Source: Pristiophorus japonicus (lineage: Eukaryota). From it: DNA of 64,000 bases. The stretch is taken from positions 496,001 through 560,000 of the forward strand of contig NW_027251843.1 in the NCBI RefSeq assembly GCF_044704955.1, given 5' to 3'. Of this stretch, positions 51,371 to 64,000 are shown piece after piece (position 1 is the first letter of the stretch; each line of letters opens with the position of its first letter). Below the pieces are notes generated by a model, which saw only the letters and a program-made list of their open reading frames with translations, searched no databases and was not told where the DNA came from. Position numbers and translations under genes: made by a program.

Positions 51371-54300
51371 TGTTGTGTCCTTACACACTGCAGCAAATCA
51401 ACACGAGGCACATACTGGAGACAAGGTCACTCTGTGACCTGTACCTTTATTCACAGGACCAAGAAGTGATGACCCTGCGTGGAACCTCCCTTTATATACC
51501 TGGATGACCAGGTGTGGAGTGTCTCCCACAAGTTCACCACTGTGGTCAAGGTGTGCATTTCTCAGGTATATTCAGTGTGCAGTGTTGTTACATAAAGGTT
51601 ACAGTTATGTGAAGGTTACAAACATGACATCACCTCCCTCCAGAGTCTTTGGGTCAAAGATTGAGTCTTTCAGGCGGTCGACGCTCTCTCGTGGAGCGCC
51701 GCAGTTGGGGCTCTGGTTGTTGAGCCTTGGCATCCGTCTTTGTCGCCTGTGGTGATTCCGGCTTGTCTGGGCTGACCGCAGAGACTGTGCATGCTGCTGA
51801 CGGTTCCTGTTGCTCATTCACTGGCAGCGGTGTGGGCAGCATCTCATGATTTTCCTCAGGTTCCTCAGTGTCCATGCTGAACTTTTTTTTTACTTGGCCC
51901 TATTCTCCTCTTTACCAATTATAGTAAACTCGAGCCACTTGGGCCCCACAGCGTGATTAGGAATAAATGCAGGGTCATCAATTTCTATCCATCTCCCCTT
52001 TGAGTTACGGTCATGGCACTCATTTTGGGATTGGCGCTTGCCCTCAACAATGTCTGAAGACTGGATGAATGAGGGACAGCCGAGTTTTTAGTGTGGGTTT
52101 CATTAGTAGTTCTGCTGGCGGGACCCCCGTGAGCGAGTGCGGTCGGGACCTGTAGATGGTATTGAAGGGAGGGTCCTTGAATCCGGAACATGCCTTGCTT
52201 TATGATTTGGACTGCACCTTCCGCCTGGCCATTGGCAGCCGGCTTGAACGGCGCTGTCCTGACATGTTTGATGCCATTACCCGACATGAGCTCCCGGAAT
52301 TCTTAGCTAGTGAAACACGGGCCGTTGTCGCTAACTAGGATGTTCGGCAAGTTGTGGATCACAAAGACCACATGCAGACTCTCCACTGTGGTGGATGTTG
52401 TGCACAAATTCAATATGATGCACTCGATCCATTTCCAGTACGCATCAACAACAATGAGTAACATTTTTCCCATGAACGGGCCAGTGTAATCTCCGTGAAT
52501 ATGTGACCATGGCTTGGTGGGCCAGGGCCACGGGCTGAATGGGGCCTCCCTGGGGCATTGCCCAGCTGGGCACATGTCGTGCACCTGCGAACACAGTGTT
52601 CCAGGTCTGCATCAATTCCCAGCTACCATACATGTGACCGGGCAATGGCCTTCATGAGCACGATGCCTGGGTGCTTGCTGTGGAGTTCCCTGATGAATGC
52701 TTCCCAACCCCTCTGGGGCATGACTACCCGGCTGCCCCATAGTAGGCAGTCAGCTTATATGGAGAGTTCATCCATCCGTCTGTAAAATGGTTTGACCTCT
52801 TCAGGGCATGTTCCGTGTGCGAGCGCCCAATCCCCAGTCAGGACACACTTCTTAATCAGGGATAGGAGGGGATCTCTGTTCGTTCAGGTTTTGATCTGGT
52901 GGGCTGTGATGGGGGAGCCTGCGCTGTCAAAGGCATCGACAGCCATGACTATCTCTGCGCTTTGCCCCGCTGCCCCCTCAGTGGTGGTCAGTGGAAGCCT
53001 GCTGAGCGCCTCAGCGCAATTTTTGGTGCCTGGCCGGTGCCATATGGTGTAGTCATATGCAGCCAGCGTGAGAGCCCATTGCTGTATGCGAGCTGACACA
53101 TTGGCATTGACAGATTTGCTGTCAGACAACAGGGATGTTAACGGCTTGTGGTCCATTTCTAACTCGAACCTTCTTCTAAAACGGTACTGGTGCATCTTTC
53201 TCACCCCGTAGACACATGCGAATGCTTCCTTTTCAACCATCCCATATGCACTTTCTGCTTGGGAGAGCAACCTGGAGGCATAAGCCACAGGTTGGAGTCA
53301 GCCCTCATCATTCCTCTGTGCAACACATACCCAAACCCATAGGATAATGCATCGCATGTCAAAAACAATTTCTTAGAGGGGTCGTACAGGGTCAATAACT
53401 TATTGGAACAAAGCAGGTTCCGCACCCGATTGAAAGCCCGTTCCTGACAGTCCCCGCAAAACCAATCACAACCCTAACGCAGGAGCACGTGTAGCGGCTC
53501 CAACAATGTACTGACGTTCAGTAGAAAGTTCCCGAAATCGTTCAATAGTCCCAGAAATGAACGCAACTCTGATATGTTGCCGGGCCTGGGCGCGCGACGG
53601 ATCGCCTCCATTTTGGAATCGGTGGGCCAGATCCCGTCTGCGGCAACCCACCTGCCCAAAAACTCGACCTCTGGGGCAAAAAACACACACTTGGACTTCT
53701 TTAGTCGCAGGCCTATGCGGTCCAGTCAGCGTAGCACCTCCTCCAGGTTGTGGAGGTGTTCCTCAGTGTCTCGACCCGTGATAAGGATGTCGTTCTGAAA
53801 TACAATTGTTCCAGGGATTGATTTGAGCAGGCTTTCCATGTTCCTTTGAAAGATAGCGGCTGCTGAACGAATGCCAAACGGACACCTGTTGTAGACAAAC
53901 AGCCCCTTGTGCATGGTGATGGTGGTCAGTAGCTTGGAGTCTTCGGCTAGTTCCTGGGTCATGTAGGCCGAAGTGAGGTCCAATTTGGGTGAACAGCTTG
54001 CTGCCTGCCAGCGTGGCAAAAAGATCCTCCGCTCTCGGAAGCGGGTATTGGTCTTGAAGGGACACTCGGTTGATGGTGGCCTTGTAGTCGGCACAGATCC
54101 TGACCGAGCCAACCGTTTTTAGAACAGGGACAATGGGGCTTGCCCAGTCACTGAATTCAACAGGCGAAATCATGCCGTCTCTTAGAAACCTGTCCAACTC
54201 ACTCTCAATTTTCTCCCGCATCACATACGGCACAGCTCTGGCTTTGTGGTGCACTGGTCTGGCATCCGGGGTGATGCGTATCACTACTTTGGTGCCTGTG

Positions 54301-56059
54301 AAAGTCCCGACTCCAGGTTGAAATAATGACTCGAACTTTTGTAGGACCTGTGAGCATGAACTTCGCTCCACAGATGAAATGGCATGCACATCCCCCCCAT
54401 TTCCAGTTCATCTCGGCTAGCCAGCTCCTCCCTAAAAGCGCGGGACCATTTCATTTCCTGGGACAATCCAGAGTGGCAGCCGCTTCTGAGATCCATTATG
54501 TGTGACCACCAACATTGCACTGCCTAGCACTGGGATGATCTCTTTGGTGTACGTCCGTAATTGTGTGTCAATGCATTCTAGTTTGGGTCTGCTAGCTCTG
54601 AGTGGCCACAGTTTCTCGAATTGTTGGACACTCATAAGTGATTGGTTGGCCCCTGTGTCCAGCTGCATGCGTACCGGGATGCTGTTTAACAGTACTCTCA
54701 TCATCATAGGGGGCGTTTTTGTGTATGAGCTGTGGATGTTTGCCACCTGGACCCGCTGATCTTTAGCATCCATTGCGGTGTCCCAGGCATACCCCTGCCT
54801 TGCAGACCCCTCTGTGGTTCATCCACTTCGTAAACCAGCCTCGCTGCGGGCTTCCTGCACATCCTGGCTAAATGTCCACTCAAGTTTCAATTTCTGTAGG
54901 TAAATTGCTGAAACCTGCAGGTCTTCGCAGCATGTCTGCCCGCGCACCTCCAGCTTGAGCTGAGATTGTTGTGAACAAAAGAGCTGTTACCAGGCATTCC
55001 ACTCTGATTGTCTCTTTGATTACTCTTGAGCAATCTGTTTGTAGGTGTCAGTGGTCCCATCCCGGGACGTAATGTCGCTTGTGATGGTGTAAATGTCCGT
55101 TCAACCTGCCATTGGCTCTATTGTGGACCCACTCTAGAGTCTGTTTACTGCCTGGTTGGTGTTGAATTGCCCTTGCCTTCCTGTGGGGTCCTGAGTCGCG
55201 TTTACTCCCTGCTCCATTGCCACGTTGGGAGCAGAGTTGCGCGTGTATATGATCTTGGCTCCTCGCCCACCATGATGGTTTGAGCCATCAATGCCGCCGC
55301 TTCCAAGGTCAAGTCCTTGGTCTCAATTAGCTTCCTAAAAATCCCGGCATGACTAATGCTCTCAATGTAGAAATCCCGTAACATCTCCCCGCTCTGTGAA
55401 CTTACAGAGGCTGGCCAAGCGCCGAAGGTCCGCGACGAAGTCCGGTATGCTCTGCCCTTCCCAACATCGGTGCGTATAGAATCGGTGTCGGGCCATGTGT
55501 ATACTACTCACCGGTTTGAGGTGCTCACCGATCAGTTTACTGAGCTCCTCGAAGGTCTTGTCCACCGGCTTCTCGGGGGCGAGCAGGTCTTTCATCAGCG
55601 TGTACGTCCCAGGTCCACAGCTGGTCAGTAGATGTACCCTTCGCTTGTCAGCCGCTGCCGCTCCCAGCCAGTCCTTCGCGACAAAGCTCTGCTGGAGCCT
55701 CTCAACGAAATCGTCCCAGTCCTCACCAACACAGTACCGTTCCTCCGTGCTGCCGGTGGCCATTCTCTTGAGTCGTTGATTCCCGTTTCTCGTCGCCAAA
55801 TGTTGTGTCCTTACATATTACAGCAAATCAACACGAGGCACATACTGGAGACAAGGTCACTCTGTGACCTGTACCTTTATTCACAGGACCAAGAAGTGAT
55901 GACCCTGCGTGGGACCTCCCTTTATATACCTGGATGACCAGGTGAGGAGTGTCTCCCACAAGTTCACCCCCTGTGGTCAAGGTGTGCATTTCTCAGGTGT
56001 ATACAGTGTAGAATGTTGTTACATAAAGGTTGCAGTTATGTGAGGTTACAAACATGACA
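51371..56059 (-). mobile_element. Nested full-length Mag-clade Gypsy (LTRs 51371-51629 and 55801-56059), decayed
   Basis: 259-bp TG..CA LTRs, 5-bp TSD TTTTC, PBS TGGCGACGAG (tRNA-Ser-like), PPT GGAGGGAGGTGA, LDTGA, FQNDIL and VSDNGP motifs. Confidence 0.93.
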
Positions 56060-56064
56060 TTTTC

Positions 56065-57723
56065 ATTTCCAAATGTTTAGCGAGGTGGTGTCTCTCACAG
56101 TTGGTGTACCTGTTCTCCACATCTGTGAGGATCCTGGAGGAGTAAACCACCGGTCTCAGCTGGCCGTGCCGCTCTTGAAGCAGCACTGAACTCAAACTGT
56201 CCCCGCTGGCTGCCACCTCCAGGAAAACTCCTTTCCTACATCTATCGCTCCTAAGGCTGGCGTGGTCTGAAAGTCCTTCTTGAGCTGATTAAATGCTGCC
56301 TCGCAACCCTCATCCCAGTACCACTCTACACCCTTGTGTCGGAGCCTGAGCAGAGGGGCTGCGGTGGCTGCATAATCCTCAATGAAGTCTCTGCAGTACC
56401 CGGTGAGCCCTAGAAAGGATCTTACCCCTGTCACTGTGTTGGGGGCTAGTAACTCCTGTACTGCCTCCCTTCTAGCCTTATCTATGGCCCTTTCCCCAGC
56501 GCGCACAGTCAGCCCCAGGAATTTGAATTCCTTCTGGCCGATCTGTGCCTTCTTGGGGTTTACTTTAAACCCTTCTTCTTTTAGCAGCTCCAGCAGCTCA
56601 GCCAGCAGTGGGCCATGCTCCTCCCCCTGATCGGTGAACAGGAGCAGGTCATCCACATACTGCATCAACTGCTGGGGTCTGCTAAAGCCCTTTAAACAGT
56701 TCACCATACATTGGTGAAAAATGCTGGGGCTGTTGTGGAAGTCTTGGGGAAGACAGTTCCACGTGTATTGTTGGCCCTTAAAGGTAAAGGCGAACTTGTA
56801 TTGGTCCTCCCGTTTTAAAGGAATGGACCAAAACCCATTTGAAATGTCCAGCACTGTGAAAGTGGTCGCGGATGCTGGAATACTCCCTATGAGATCCGCT
56901 ACGGCTGCTACAGTGGGTGCACAGGCAGGGATATTCTTATTTAGTACTCGATAGTCCACGGTGGCCCTCCATGAGTTGTCCGGTTTCTTAACCGGCCACA
57001 GTGGTGAGTTCACATGTAGCTATCGGTCTTAACACCCCTTGCTCTACCAGTGATCCCAGCGCAGTTGTCAGGTCTGCCTTTGCCTTCCTGGGGAAGTTAT
57101 ATTGCATCTGTGGTCGGGTCATGGGGTTCCCTTTTATACCAACTTCCACCCCCGTTACCCTGCCACAGTCATGTTTGTGGGTGGCGAAGGCTGCAAGGTG
57201 TGCCCGTACATATGCCTGGTACTCCACTGGGGTGCTACTGACCAGTAATTCCAAGTCATAACCCTCCTTTGGCTTCATTACACAACGTTCCCTTGGCCCC
57301 TTTTTTTGGGATCACTGTCACCTCACCTTCCCTGTCAGTCCCTATGACTCCCCATAGACAGTGGTTCCTGAGATCCACTAGGATCTGGTGGCAAATGATA
57401 AAATCAGCTCCCAGGATCCCTTTTCCCTTCTGCTCCCATTTTATCAGGACACACTTCCATTTGGTTTTGAGTGTCCCTAACTGAATGGTGAGCGGGATGG
57501 AAAACGAACCAGTTTGCTCATTGCCTGTGAACCCCACTAGACTGTACGGGACCCCGTTTGATAGAGGTGAGGTAGCTGGGTTATCTGCATATACAAGGGT
57601 GCTGGAAGCACCAGTATCTAGCAGGTAGGTCCCTTTCACTTTCTCCACCTCCATCGTAACGCACGGTCTCTTCCAGGCATCGTACTCTAGGGAACACAGG
57701 TACACAGGCTGCACTGGCCTTAG
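56065..57723 (-). pseudogene. pol 5' half: protease, RT and degenerate RNase H/tether
   Basis: YLLDTGAS; NSPLWPVKKPD..DYR..LDISNGF..LPQDFHNSP..YVDD; RPVVYSSRIL..YTNCE. Confidence 0.88.
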
Positions 57724-59520
57724 TCATGCATCTGGGTGGGTTGGAGCAGAGGGTTTTACCGTACTGACTGCTGGACCGGTTGCGATAGCTACTGCTCCCT
57801 GTCCGTTTATGAGTGTCTGTAGGGTGGCTACGAGTATCTCATATGTGTCGGGTGTTCCTGCCCCGGCCTTACGGGCTGGGGCTGGAGTGGCCTTTCCCTT
57901 AGTTTCTTTCCAGGGGTTCCTACAGTCCTTCCTCCAGTGCCCACTTTTCACACACCCAAAACACTCGCCCCCTTTGTGGGGAGGGTTCCCACCTTCCTGA
58001 TGCCACTCTCTCTTGCCTTGCTGGATTTAGTGTCATGGACCTTCCCTTTAGAGGAGAGCTCCTCTGTCCATCCACCATTCCGGTAAGCCAGGGTCAACTG
58101 CCTGACCACTGTCTCCTCGGTGGTTCTGGGATCTCTTGGATCGAACCAGACCTCGGCTTTTGCCTTTACTCCAGGTAAGCTGTTTGCCACCAGGCTGCGG
58201 AGCCAGTGAGCCAGCTCGTTAGGGGTCAGGTGGGCCCGGTCAAGAACCCCACTACAGGCCCTTTCGTAGACTGGCCACAACCTGTCACCGAAAACCTGTG
58301 GAGTCTCCCCATAAAGCTGCACTGTTTTCTCCACTCGGGAGAAAGGACTCCTGTCGTTCATACCCATGGCCTCTAGAACCTCCGCCTTAACCGTAACGTA
58401 TGTGTTTTGCCCCTTTCTGCTGTCTGCAGAGAGGGAATGGCACAGCAACAGCTTCGCCTGCTCCGAATCATCGCACCCGTTAATATCCCGTGTGTTCCAC
58501 TTCCAGGAAGTGACCCAGGGATCCCCCTGTTGGGTGAGCTTACTTCGGTGGCCTATCTTAGCCCTCAGTTTTTGGGGGTCATGGGGGACTACGAAGCTGT
58601 TTTCTAGGGGTCCTGCTGCCCCATTGGCGTCAGGCGGGCCAAACCTCTGCTGCCGGACCGGGTGCATTGGCCCTGGTTCCGGCCCTTCTTGTATTGGCTC
58701 GCCCGCTTCCCCCTGCTGCCAAGCCGAGTTAAAACTCGGGGCCGCCGGTGTTGGTAGTTCGCAATCCTTGCCTGCCCCGCACTCTGGCTGACACCCCTGC
58801 TGCTCTGGGCCGTTCCCGGGAGCTGCAGGCAGTGACTGAGGGGTTGCTTGCACTACCAGGTGTTCCTGGGCCAAACCCGGGTTTATCAGGCACACCATGC
58901 CTTTAGCCGGGATAGAGCAAGGTTCAAGCTTTGGATCTGCTGCTGGCAGGGGCCGTGGTCTCCTGCCTCAAATTCCCTGGTACTGGCTACCTTATAGGCT
59001 ACCTGAATGTCTCTCACCCTCTCCCCGTATGCTTTAACTTGCTTGGCGAGGCAGGAATTCTCTTCTCGCAACGTCAGTTCACTATTCTTGGCTTCAATAA
59101 TCTGACACTGCAAAAGGTCCAGTTGGGTTTTGTGCCTTTCTTTAGTGAGGTCTCTACTTTCCTTCAACTGCCCCACCTCTGTTCACAGCCTATCCCCAAC
59201 TGTGGCCCTTGCATTGGACCTCTCTTCTGCCTGCTTCAATACTTCCTTTAATTTCTCATTCTCCTCATCGAGAAGCCGGATCTGTTGCTGAAGGCAAATT
59301 AGCCAAATGACCTTCTCTATCGACCTTTTATGGTCCTTGCTCTTGGTCCATTGAGCTGCAGCATCTTCTGGATGCTCAGCATACAATAGATCGAGTACCC
59401 ACTCCTTAGCCACATTTACCCTCTTAAACACATGCGAGGAAATCCCCTCTTCCATTTTGCTTCTTTTCCTGAGACCAGTCTCTCTCTTATCACATCCCTT
59501 GCCCCATTTGTGGTCGCCAT
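57724..59520 (-). pseudogene. gag (disrupted), N-terminal coiled-coil, C-terminal CCHC knuckle CFGCVKSGHWRKDC
   Basis: ORF pieces 59183-59455, 58886-59176, 57948-58898 and 57724-57951. Confidence 0.8.
59503..59519 (-). promoter_or_regulatory. Primer-binding site TGGCGACCAC (tRNA-Arg(TCG)-like)
   Basis: Starts 3 nt after the LTR terminal CA; complementary to a ...GTGGTCGCCA tRNA 3' end. Confidence 0.65.
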
Positions 59521-59522
59521 TA

Positions 59523-62086
59523 TGTAAGGGGTGGTTTTCGATGGGGTGTCAGCTTTCCCTTCTGACCTTATAGAATGGTTTTGAATCGCTCCCATACCTT
59601 TGGTTCTAGACTCTGGAATTATGAAGGGACTGTGACAGACTTGAACAGACAATCGGTTTCAAGGTAGGAAGCAGGTACGGCTTTATTGTGTCTTAAAGGA
59701 AGTAAAAGGGCACACCTTTAATAACACACACAGAATAGTAATACCAATACACCCTGAGAGGTACAACACATTGAATAAATTGTCAACATACGGCCTGTTG
59801 GGAAAAAAATACCGCTTAAACTCTAAATGGGGTAAAGAGGAGAATGTAGACACATGTACACAAGTTATCCCAGCCTCCCCCTCCCAATTCGCCGAACTAA
59901 CTAAGTTATAGCTCTGGGGGTTCAGGAGCAATGCTCACCAATCCCTTTTGACAGTTGCCGGTGAATTGCGTTTTTGGGGTGTGGGCCAAACCCCGGACGG
60001 AGGAGAGCACTTCCGACTGCATAGTCTTCAGTTGGGGTGAGTCCGAAGATGCGGTAAGTCTCGTTTTGGATGTGTGGGGTAAGTGCCCACTTTCTTTGGT
60101 TAGGAATAGTTTTAGTTAGTCCTTTTAGGCAATTTCTCACCCGTTGGTCATTCCGAATTAGATTGTAGAGTAGAAATAAATGTTGATTCTTCGGTTTTTG
60201 CTGAGTTGGTTTCGGTTGGTCATTTCGCTGGTTGTGGTGACCTGGGTTGTCAATTTGGTTGCTGACAACCTTCCATTTCATGGGCCTCGTGCTCGGTCGG
60301 TCCTGGATGATTTCTTGTAGATTTCTCCACTACTCCATTTCTTCACTCCCCACCGCCTGCTGCTTGTGTTCTTTTCCTTGTAAAACTGGGAATAGATATA
60401 CCCCAAAAAGGCTTCCTTCCCTCCCACCAAATCTGGCCCAGCTCTTTGTTTCAAGGGAGCTACTCATTAGTTTTGAGCTCTCTTCTTTGTCAGAATTTGT
60501 CGGGCTTGTTCAGCAGTAATTTGATTATGATGTGGTAATGTGGAAAATCACCGGTTGGCATTGTTTAAATTCTTGGGCCGTTGGGCTGGGCCTGTGAATT
60601 CTATCGGTCTATTTGCACATGCATACCAATAATGGTCTCCGGTGATTAGCCTGATAGCTCTTGATGTGTTTATTCTCACTAGGGAGTGAATTTTTATGTC
60701 TCACAGTTCTTGTTAGTTATCGATCGACTCATTCTCCCAGACAAATTGAAGACCCAGTTCCTGAGTGAAGTCCCACCCTCTGTTCTGGCAGTCTCTTCCA
60801 ACATGCTTCTTTAGAGATCTTAAACTTGTAAAGCTCTTAGGTATCTTCCTCAGAGTTTTTCCGAGGATACCAAAATGTTCATCGATTTCCAAATTAAATT
60901 CCCTTTCCTATGAGTCCAAACATTGGGGGTTGGGGGGGGTCTCCATGAATGCATCCCCTTTTATCCCCTGCAGGCCTCATCTGCCCTTTAAACTCATTTG
61001 TGTCCCGAGGTTTTTCCTTCCATTTTAAAAGTCCAGAAAGGGATTCTTCTCCTCTGCAGGGGAAAGGTATAAGGAATCTTTGCAAAATATTGGTAAATTC
61101 TACACTCCCCTGCTGTGATACCATTCCACTTATGATACCATCTTCTAGGTGAGCAAAGTTCCTGACTCTCAAGAGACAACCTTCCACGTAGATTAACTAA
61201 GCTGTTCCCAAAATATGCATTACACTTATGCAACATCACCATAGATACACACTTTTCCCTTTACAGGTACAAACTTTTTACATTTACACCCTCCCAGCTT
61301 GGAGGGGGTTTCATCACTACAATTGCATTTCAGCACAGTTACATTTCATTTCAATTACATTATATTCACCAGCATGTAGGCAATGTACAACCACATTACA
61401 GAAGGAAGAACACAGATTAAACTAAAACAACATCAATTGGTCTCCGGGTGGCCTGGTTAATCCCTGCCAGGCCCATGCTTTGTGCGGCCTGATAGCCGCC
61501 TGGATGCTAGGGTTTCCCCGCAGCCGGTGAGCTGGAGACCCTTGTCTCTGGGACAGCTTGTTGATACTGCTCCTGTGAGATCCTCATCTCTGGAGGCGGC
61601 TGGCTGGTGGTCCCTACTCTGAGCGGCCTCTGTACTTCTGACCTTTGGCCTTCCCTGTCGGGCTACCCTTCTCACAGTTCTTGTTAGTTATCGATCAACT
61701 CATTCTCCCAGACAAATTAAATACCCAATTCCTGAGTTAAGTCCCCCACCCTCTGTTCTGGCAGTCTCTTCCAACATGCTCCTTTAGAGATCTTATACTT
61801 GTAAAGCTCTTAGCTATTTTCCTCAGAGTTTTTTCGAGGATACCAAAATCGTCATCGAGTTCCAAATTAAATTCCCTTTCCTATGAGTCCAAACACTGGG
61901 GGGGCGGGTGGGGGGCAGGGGTCTCCATGAATGCATCCCCTTTTATCCCCTGCATGCCTCATCTGCCCTTTAAACTCATTTGTTTCCCAAGGTTTTTCCA
62001 TCCATTTTAAAAGTCCAGAAAGGGATTTTTCTCCTCTGTGGGCGAAAGGTACAAGGAATCTTTGTGAAATATTGGTAAATTCTACA
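59523..62086 (-). repeat. 5' LTR containing a ~970-bp duplicated block (~60700-61672)
   Basis: 59523-61104 aligns to 47095-48705, 61105-61672 aligns to 48706-49240, and 61670-62086 aligns to 48299-48705. Confidence 0.85.
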
Positions 62087-62169
62087 AGTATTCCCACCAC
62101 TTCAAAGTTCTTGCCTTTTGTGTTTAATTAACAGTACGCTTTCTTCGGATGAGACATTAAACCGAGGGT

Positions 62170-63835
62170 ACAGAGGAGATTTACGAGGATGTTGCCTGGA
62201 CTGAAGAAATTTAACTATGCGGAAAGATTGGATAGGCTGGGGTTGTTTACTTTGGTACAGAGAAGGCTGAGGGGAGACTTGATTGAGGTGTATAAAATTA
62301 TGAGGGGCCTGGATAGAATGGATAAGACGGACCTCTGTTCCTTGGCAAAAGGGGTCAAAAACCAGGGGGCATAGATTTAAAGTAATTGTGGAGAGTTATA
62401 GAGGAGATTTGAGGGGAAATTACTTCACCCAGAAGATGGTGGGGGTCTGGAACTCACTGCCTGAAAAGGTGGGAGAGGTATCCTCCATGAATGCCTCCCA
62501 CTGCTCTGACACTGATTTACCATCAAGTAGCTGTTTCCAGTCCACTTCGGCCAAATCTCATCACAGCTGAGCAAAATTGGCTTTTCCCCAATTGAGAACT
62601 TTTATTCCATGCCTATCTTTGTCCTTTTCCATTACTACCCGAAATCTAACTGAATTCTGATCACCAGCACCAAAATGCTCTCCCACTGATACCCCTTCCA
62701 CCTGCCCCTCTTCATTCCCCAAAACCAAGTCCAGAACCACCCCCTCCCTTGTTGGACTTGTTGCAACTATTTTGAAGAAACGATGAATTAAGTGCCCCCT
62801 TCTTAAAAATGAAAATTTGGTTGCCTGGGGTGATGATGCACTCCAGTCCCTCCGGTGCCCACGTCTCGTGGAAGGCCGCGAGCGTACCGCTGGACACAGC
62901 GTGCTCCATCTCCAGGGACACTCTGGCTCGAATGTAACCGCGGAAGAGAGGCAGGCAGTTGGGCTGAATGACCCCCTCGACCGCCCGCTGCCTGGTGGAT
63001 TGTTACATACTGGCTAAAGAAGTTCTCCGGAATGCATTTTAAGAATTCTGTACCATTCACACGACTTTTTCTCCAGTTAATAGTCGGGTAGTTGAAATTC
63101 CCCACTATTACAGCTCTATAGTTTTAGTACTTCGCAGCAATTTTCCCAAATATTTGTTCTTCTATCTCCCTTGGATTGTTTGGGGGTCTATAGTACTCTC
63201 CCAGTAGTGTGATCGCCTCTTTTGTGTTCTTCAATTAAACCTATATGGCCTCCTTTGATGACCCCTCTAACATATCATCCCTTATCACAGCAGTAATTGT
63301 TTCTTTAATTAATACTGCGATCCCCTCCTTTTTTACCCCCTTTCTATCCGTCTGAAAACCCTGTAACCAGGAATGTTGAGCTGCCATACCTGCCCTTCTT
63401 TCAGCCATGTCTCAGTAATAGCTATAATATCGACTCCCAAGTGTCTATCTGTGCTCTCAGCTCATCTGCCTTATTCCCTATACTCCTTGCATTGAAGTAT
63501 ATACCATTCAGTGTTACCAAACTCGCTTGTTTTCTATTTTCCAGCCCTTGTTTCCTCTGTCTTCCAAATTCACTTTCTACTTCTCTGCTGCCCAATCTCA
63601 GCTTTACTTCTCTCCCCACTGAATCTATTCTCCGGTTCCCGTCTCCCTGCCAAGTCCCCAACAGCACTGGCAACCACCCCCCGTCCCCCGCCCCCCCACG
63701 AGGATATTGGTCCCGGCTCTGTTGAGGTGCAACGCGTCCGGTTTGTCCAGGTCCCACCTCCGCCAGAAATGGTCCCAATGCCTCAGGAATCTAAAGCCCA
63801 TCCCTCCTGCACCAGCTCTCCAGCCACGTATTTAT
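62170..63835. mobile_element. CR1 fragments (+ 62170-62475; - 62480-63835) with a Tx1-like piece at 62790-62996
   Basis: RRLRGDLIEVYKIM; YFNARSIGNK; GNFNYP. Confidence 0.75.
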
Positions 63836-64000
63836 TGTGTTCCTAACACAGATGAGACTGCACACAGGGAGGTTAAAGTAACAATGACCTCAGTCTTTAT
63901 TAAGACACTCAGAGAAAGGAACAGGCCTGAGGGGCCGGTTTTTATACAGTGCTCTCAAGGGATGCTGGGATGGATCCCTTGGGACTTCAGGGGATGCGCT
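63836..64000 (-). mobile_element. Partial Mag-type LTR at the window edge
   Basis: GTCTTTATT..GATCCCTTGGGACT..GGGATG resembles 45975-46090. Confidence 0.6.

Larger units (their letters stand above)
47095..62086 (-). mobile_element. Env-less retrovirus-like LTR element with dual RNase H (lokiretrovirus/Odin-like architecture), decayed
   Basis: TG..CA LTRs, PBS, PPT, gag (coiled-coil + CCHC), PR, RT (YVDD), degenerate RH, second RH and IN; AGTATT flanks both ends. Confidence 0.85.

Noticed and set aside
59922-60281. LTR-encoded accessory ORF (119 aa)
   Set aside because: It has no recognisable motif and the 3' LTR copy has an in-frame stop; it cannot be supported without more copies.
61660-61685. 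LTR/internal junction as a retro-copied splice junction (donor-like GTGAGA, acceptor-like CCCTAG|G)
   Set aside because: The junction retains the GT (AACTGTGAGAAGG), so it is not an exact splice product; microhomology explains it.

Overview
Eukaryotic, repeat-dense DNA from a cartilaginous fish (shark-type CR1 LINEs, DeuSINE-like SINEs and a cluster-type Ig locus; the species cannot be fixed from sequence alone). The only host gene is one germline, unjoined immunoglobulin kappa-type (NS4/type III-like) light-chain cluster on the minus strand: leader 34828-34876, V 34342-34640 with 12-RSS, J 32972-33006 with 23-RSS, and C 24584-24912. Most of the rest is transposon-derived: many nested or fragmented CR1 LINEs, a full-length decayed Harbinger (14278-19283), two Mag-clade Gypsy elements, and a ~15 kb env-less retrovirus-like LTR element (47095-62086). 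That element has a degenerate plus an intact RNase H (lokiretrovirus/Odin-like architecture), an in-frame UGA-CUA gag-pol junction and a templated duplication in its 5' LTR. A ~5.3 kb inversion (36897-42207) can be reconstructed from a split Mag element. Coordinates of decayed repeats are approximate, and family assignments rest on recognised motifs, not database searches.
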